Shown here: positions 35,436 to 36,339 of the stretch, in pieces
How the letters are laid out: each line of letters starts with the position of its first letter
How positions within the stretch are numbered: position 1 is the first letter of the stretch
Made by a program: the position numbers and the translations under genes
DNA from: Candidatus Sumerlaeaceae bacterium
Lineage (GTDB): Bacteria > Sumerlaeota > Sumerlaeia > Sumerlaeales > Sumerlaeaceae
Direction of reading: 5' to 3'
Length of the DNA: 36,339 nt
Assembly: GCA_051003195.1 (NCBI GenBank)
Contig: JBPCLP010000051.1
Coordinates: 1 to 36,339 of the forward strand
Notes under the pieces: model-generated
Told to the model about the DNA's origin: nothing
What the model saw: the letters and a program-made list of their open reading frames with translations, nothing else
Databases searched by the model: none

Positions 35436-36339
35436 GTGAATAGTCCGGTATCCGGGCCGGTCAATTATGTGCCGCTAGTGCCCGATGAACAAGCGCATTC
35501 GGCAAAACGCGGACCCAGGTACCTGGCAGCGATGTCGTTGACAGCGTTGGGGATTGTTTACGGTGACATCGGCACGAGTCCCCTTTACGCCATGCGCGAA
35601 TCATTTCATCCCGATCATGGAATTGCAGTAGTTGAAGGCAACATCCTGGGAGTTCTGTCGCTTATCTTCTGGTCGCTCATCCTTGTGATTTCGATCAAAT
35701 ACCTGATTTTTATCCTGCGGGCAGATAACAACGGTGAAGGTGGAATTCTTGCGCTGACAGCACTGGTAAGCCCGATCCTTGCGGCCCGGACGGCGAACCG
35801 CGGTCTCCTCATCCTGCTTGGCGTTTTCGGGACAGCACTTCTCTATGGCGACGGGATGATAACACCGGCGATTTCGATTCTTAGTGCTATTGAAGGGCTC
35901 GAGGTTGCCACACCTGTCTTCGGCCCATATATTATACCCATCACGATCGTCGTGCTGATCGGATTGTTTGTAATCCAGAGTCATGGGACGGCAAAGGTCG
36001 GAAAGATCTTCGGCCCCGTAACGCTGTTGTGGTTCGCGATGATTGCGGTATTGGGTATTTGGCACATTGCAGACCGTCCGGGTGTGTTGATGGCCGTGCT
36101 GCCCAACCATGCCGTGGAATTCTTCGTTGAGAATCGCTGGCGCGCATTTCTCGTTTTGGGGTCGGTATTCCTGGTAGTAACAGGTGGCGAGGCGCTTTAC
36201 TCCGACCTTGGACATCTTGGCCCGTCGCCGATCCGCTTGGCCTGGATCACCGTCGTATTGCCGGCGCTGCTGTTGAATTACTTTGGGCAGGGGGCATTGC
36301 TGCTCGGGCATCCGGAGGCAATATCGAACCCGTTCTACC
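35436..36339 (+). CDS. kup: KUP/HAK/KT potassium transporter (3'-truncated by the window edge; absent from the ORF track)
   Basis: Translated by hand from GTG 35436 (GAGGAG SD): LGIVYGDIGTSPLYA, ADNNGEGGILAL, YGDGMITPAISILSAIEGL, TGGEALYSDLGH and LNYFGQGA. Confidence 0.97.
   Translation, partial: MNSPVSGPVNYVPLVPDEQAHSAKRGPRYLAAMSLTALGIVYGDIGTSPLYAMRESFHPDHGIAVVEGNILGVLSLIFWSLILVISIKYLIFILRADNNGEGGILALTALVSPILAARTANRGLLILLGVFGTALLYGDGMITPAISILSAIEGLEVATPVFGPYIIPITIVVLIGLFVIQSHGTAKVGKIFGPVTLLWFAMIAVLGIWHIADRPGVLMAVLPNHAVEFFVENRWRAFLVLGSVFLVVTGGEALYSDLGHLGPSPIRLAWITVVLPALLLNYFGQGALLLGHPEAISNPFY

Noticed and set aside
35601..36311. 236-aa minus-strand ORF
   Set aside because: Antisense shadow of kup, which the track missed because its stop lies outside the window.

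Overview
Gene-dense bacterial chromosomal segment with about 37 CDS and no rRNA, tRNA, CRISPR array, transposase or integrase recognised. One secreted protein ends in a DWxxY-like tail that I recall from Candidatus Sumerlaeota/BRC1 proteins; this is my only, weak, taxonomic hint. Left end (1-1950): an Abi_2/AbiF-family HEPN nuclease gene with a nested-hairpin putative RNA antitoxin just upstream. The pair is bracketed by two ~138-bp direct repeats (about 89% identical by hand alignment), and a more diverged relative of the repeat may lie at ~24.2 kb. Next come yceD (no rpmF), hypothetical proteins and a GT-C-type membrane protein. A putative sugar-catabolic cluster follows (DHDPS-family aldolase, PQQ sugar dehydrogenase, secreted glycosidase-like protein, PIG-L deacetylase, ceramidase-like hydrolase, Gfo/Idh/MocA). 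The middle holds pheT without pheS, a KaiC-like ATPase plus histidine kinase, hemW, pilT, an ABC ATPase, dut, a HAD hydrolase, a CDGSH protein and thiS-thiG, with thiG flanked by 26-bp inverted repeats. The right end holds a secreted esterase, an NsrR-like regulator, DUF1611, a Zn-ADH plus esterase pair, a truncated K+ channel-like gene, a lone receiver domain, and a c-di-AMP (ydaO) riboswitch leading kup, which runs off the window. Family calls come from motif recognition by eye and none has been confirmed by a search.
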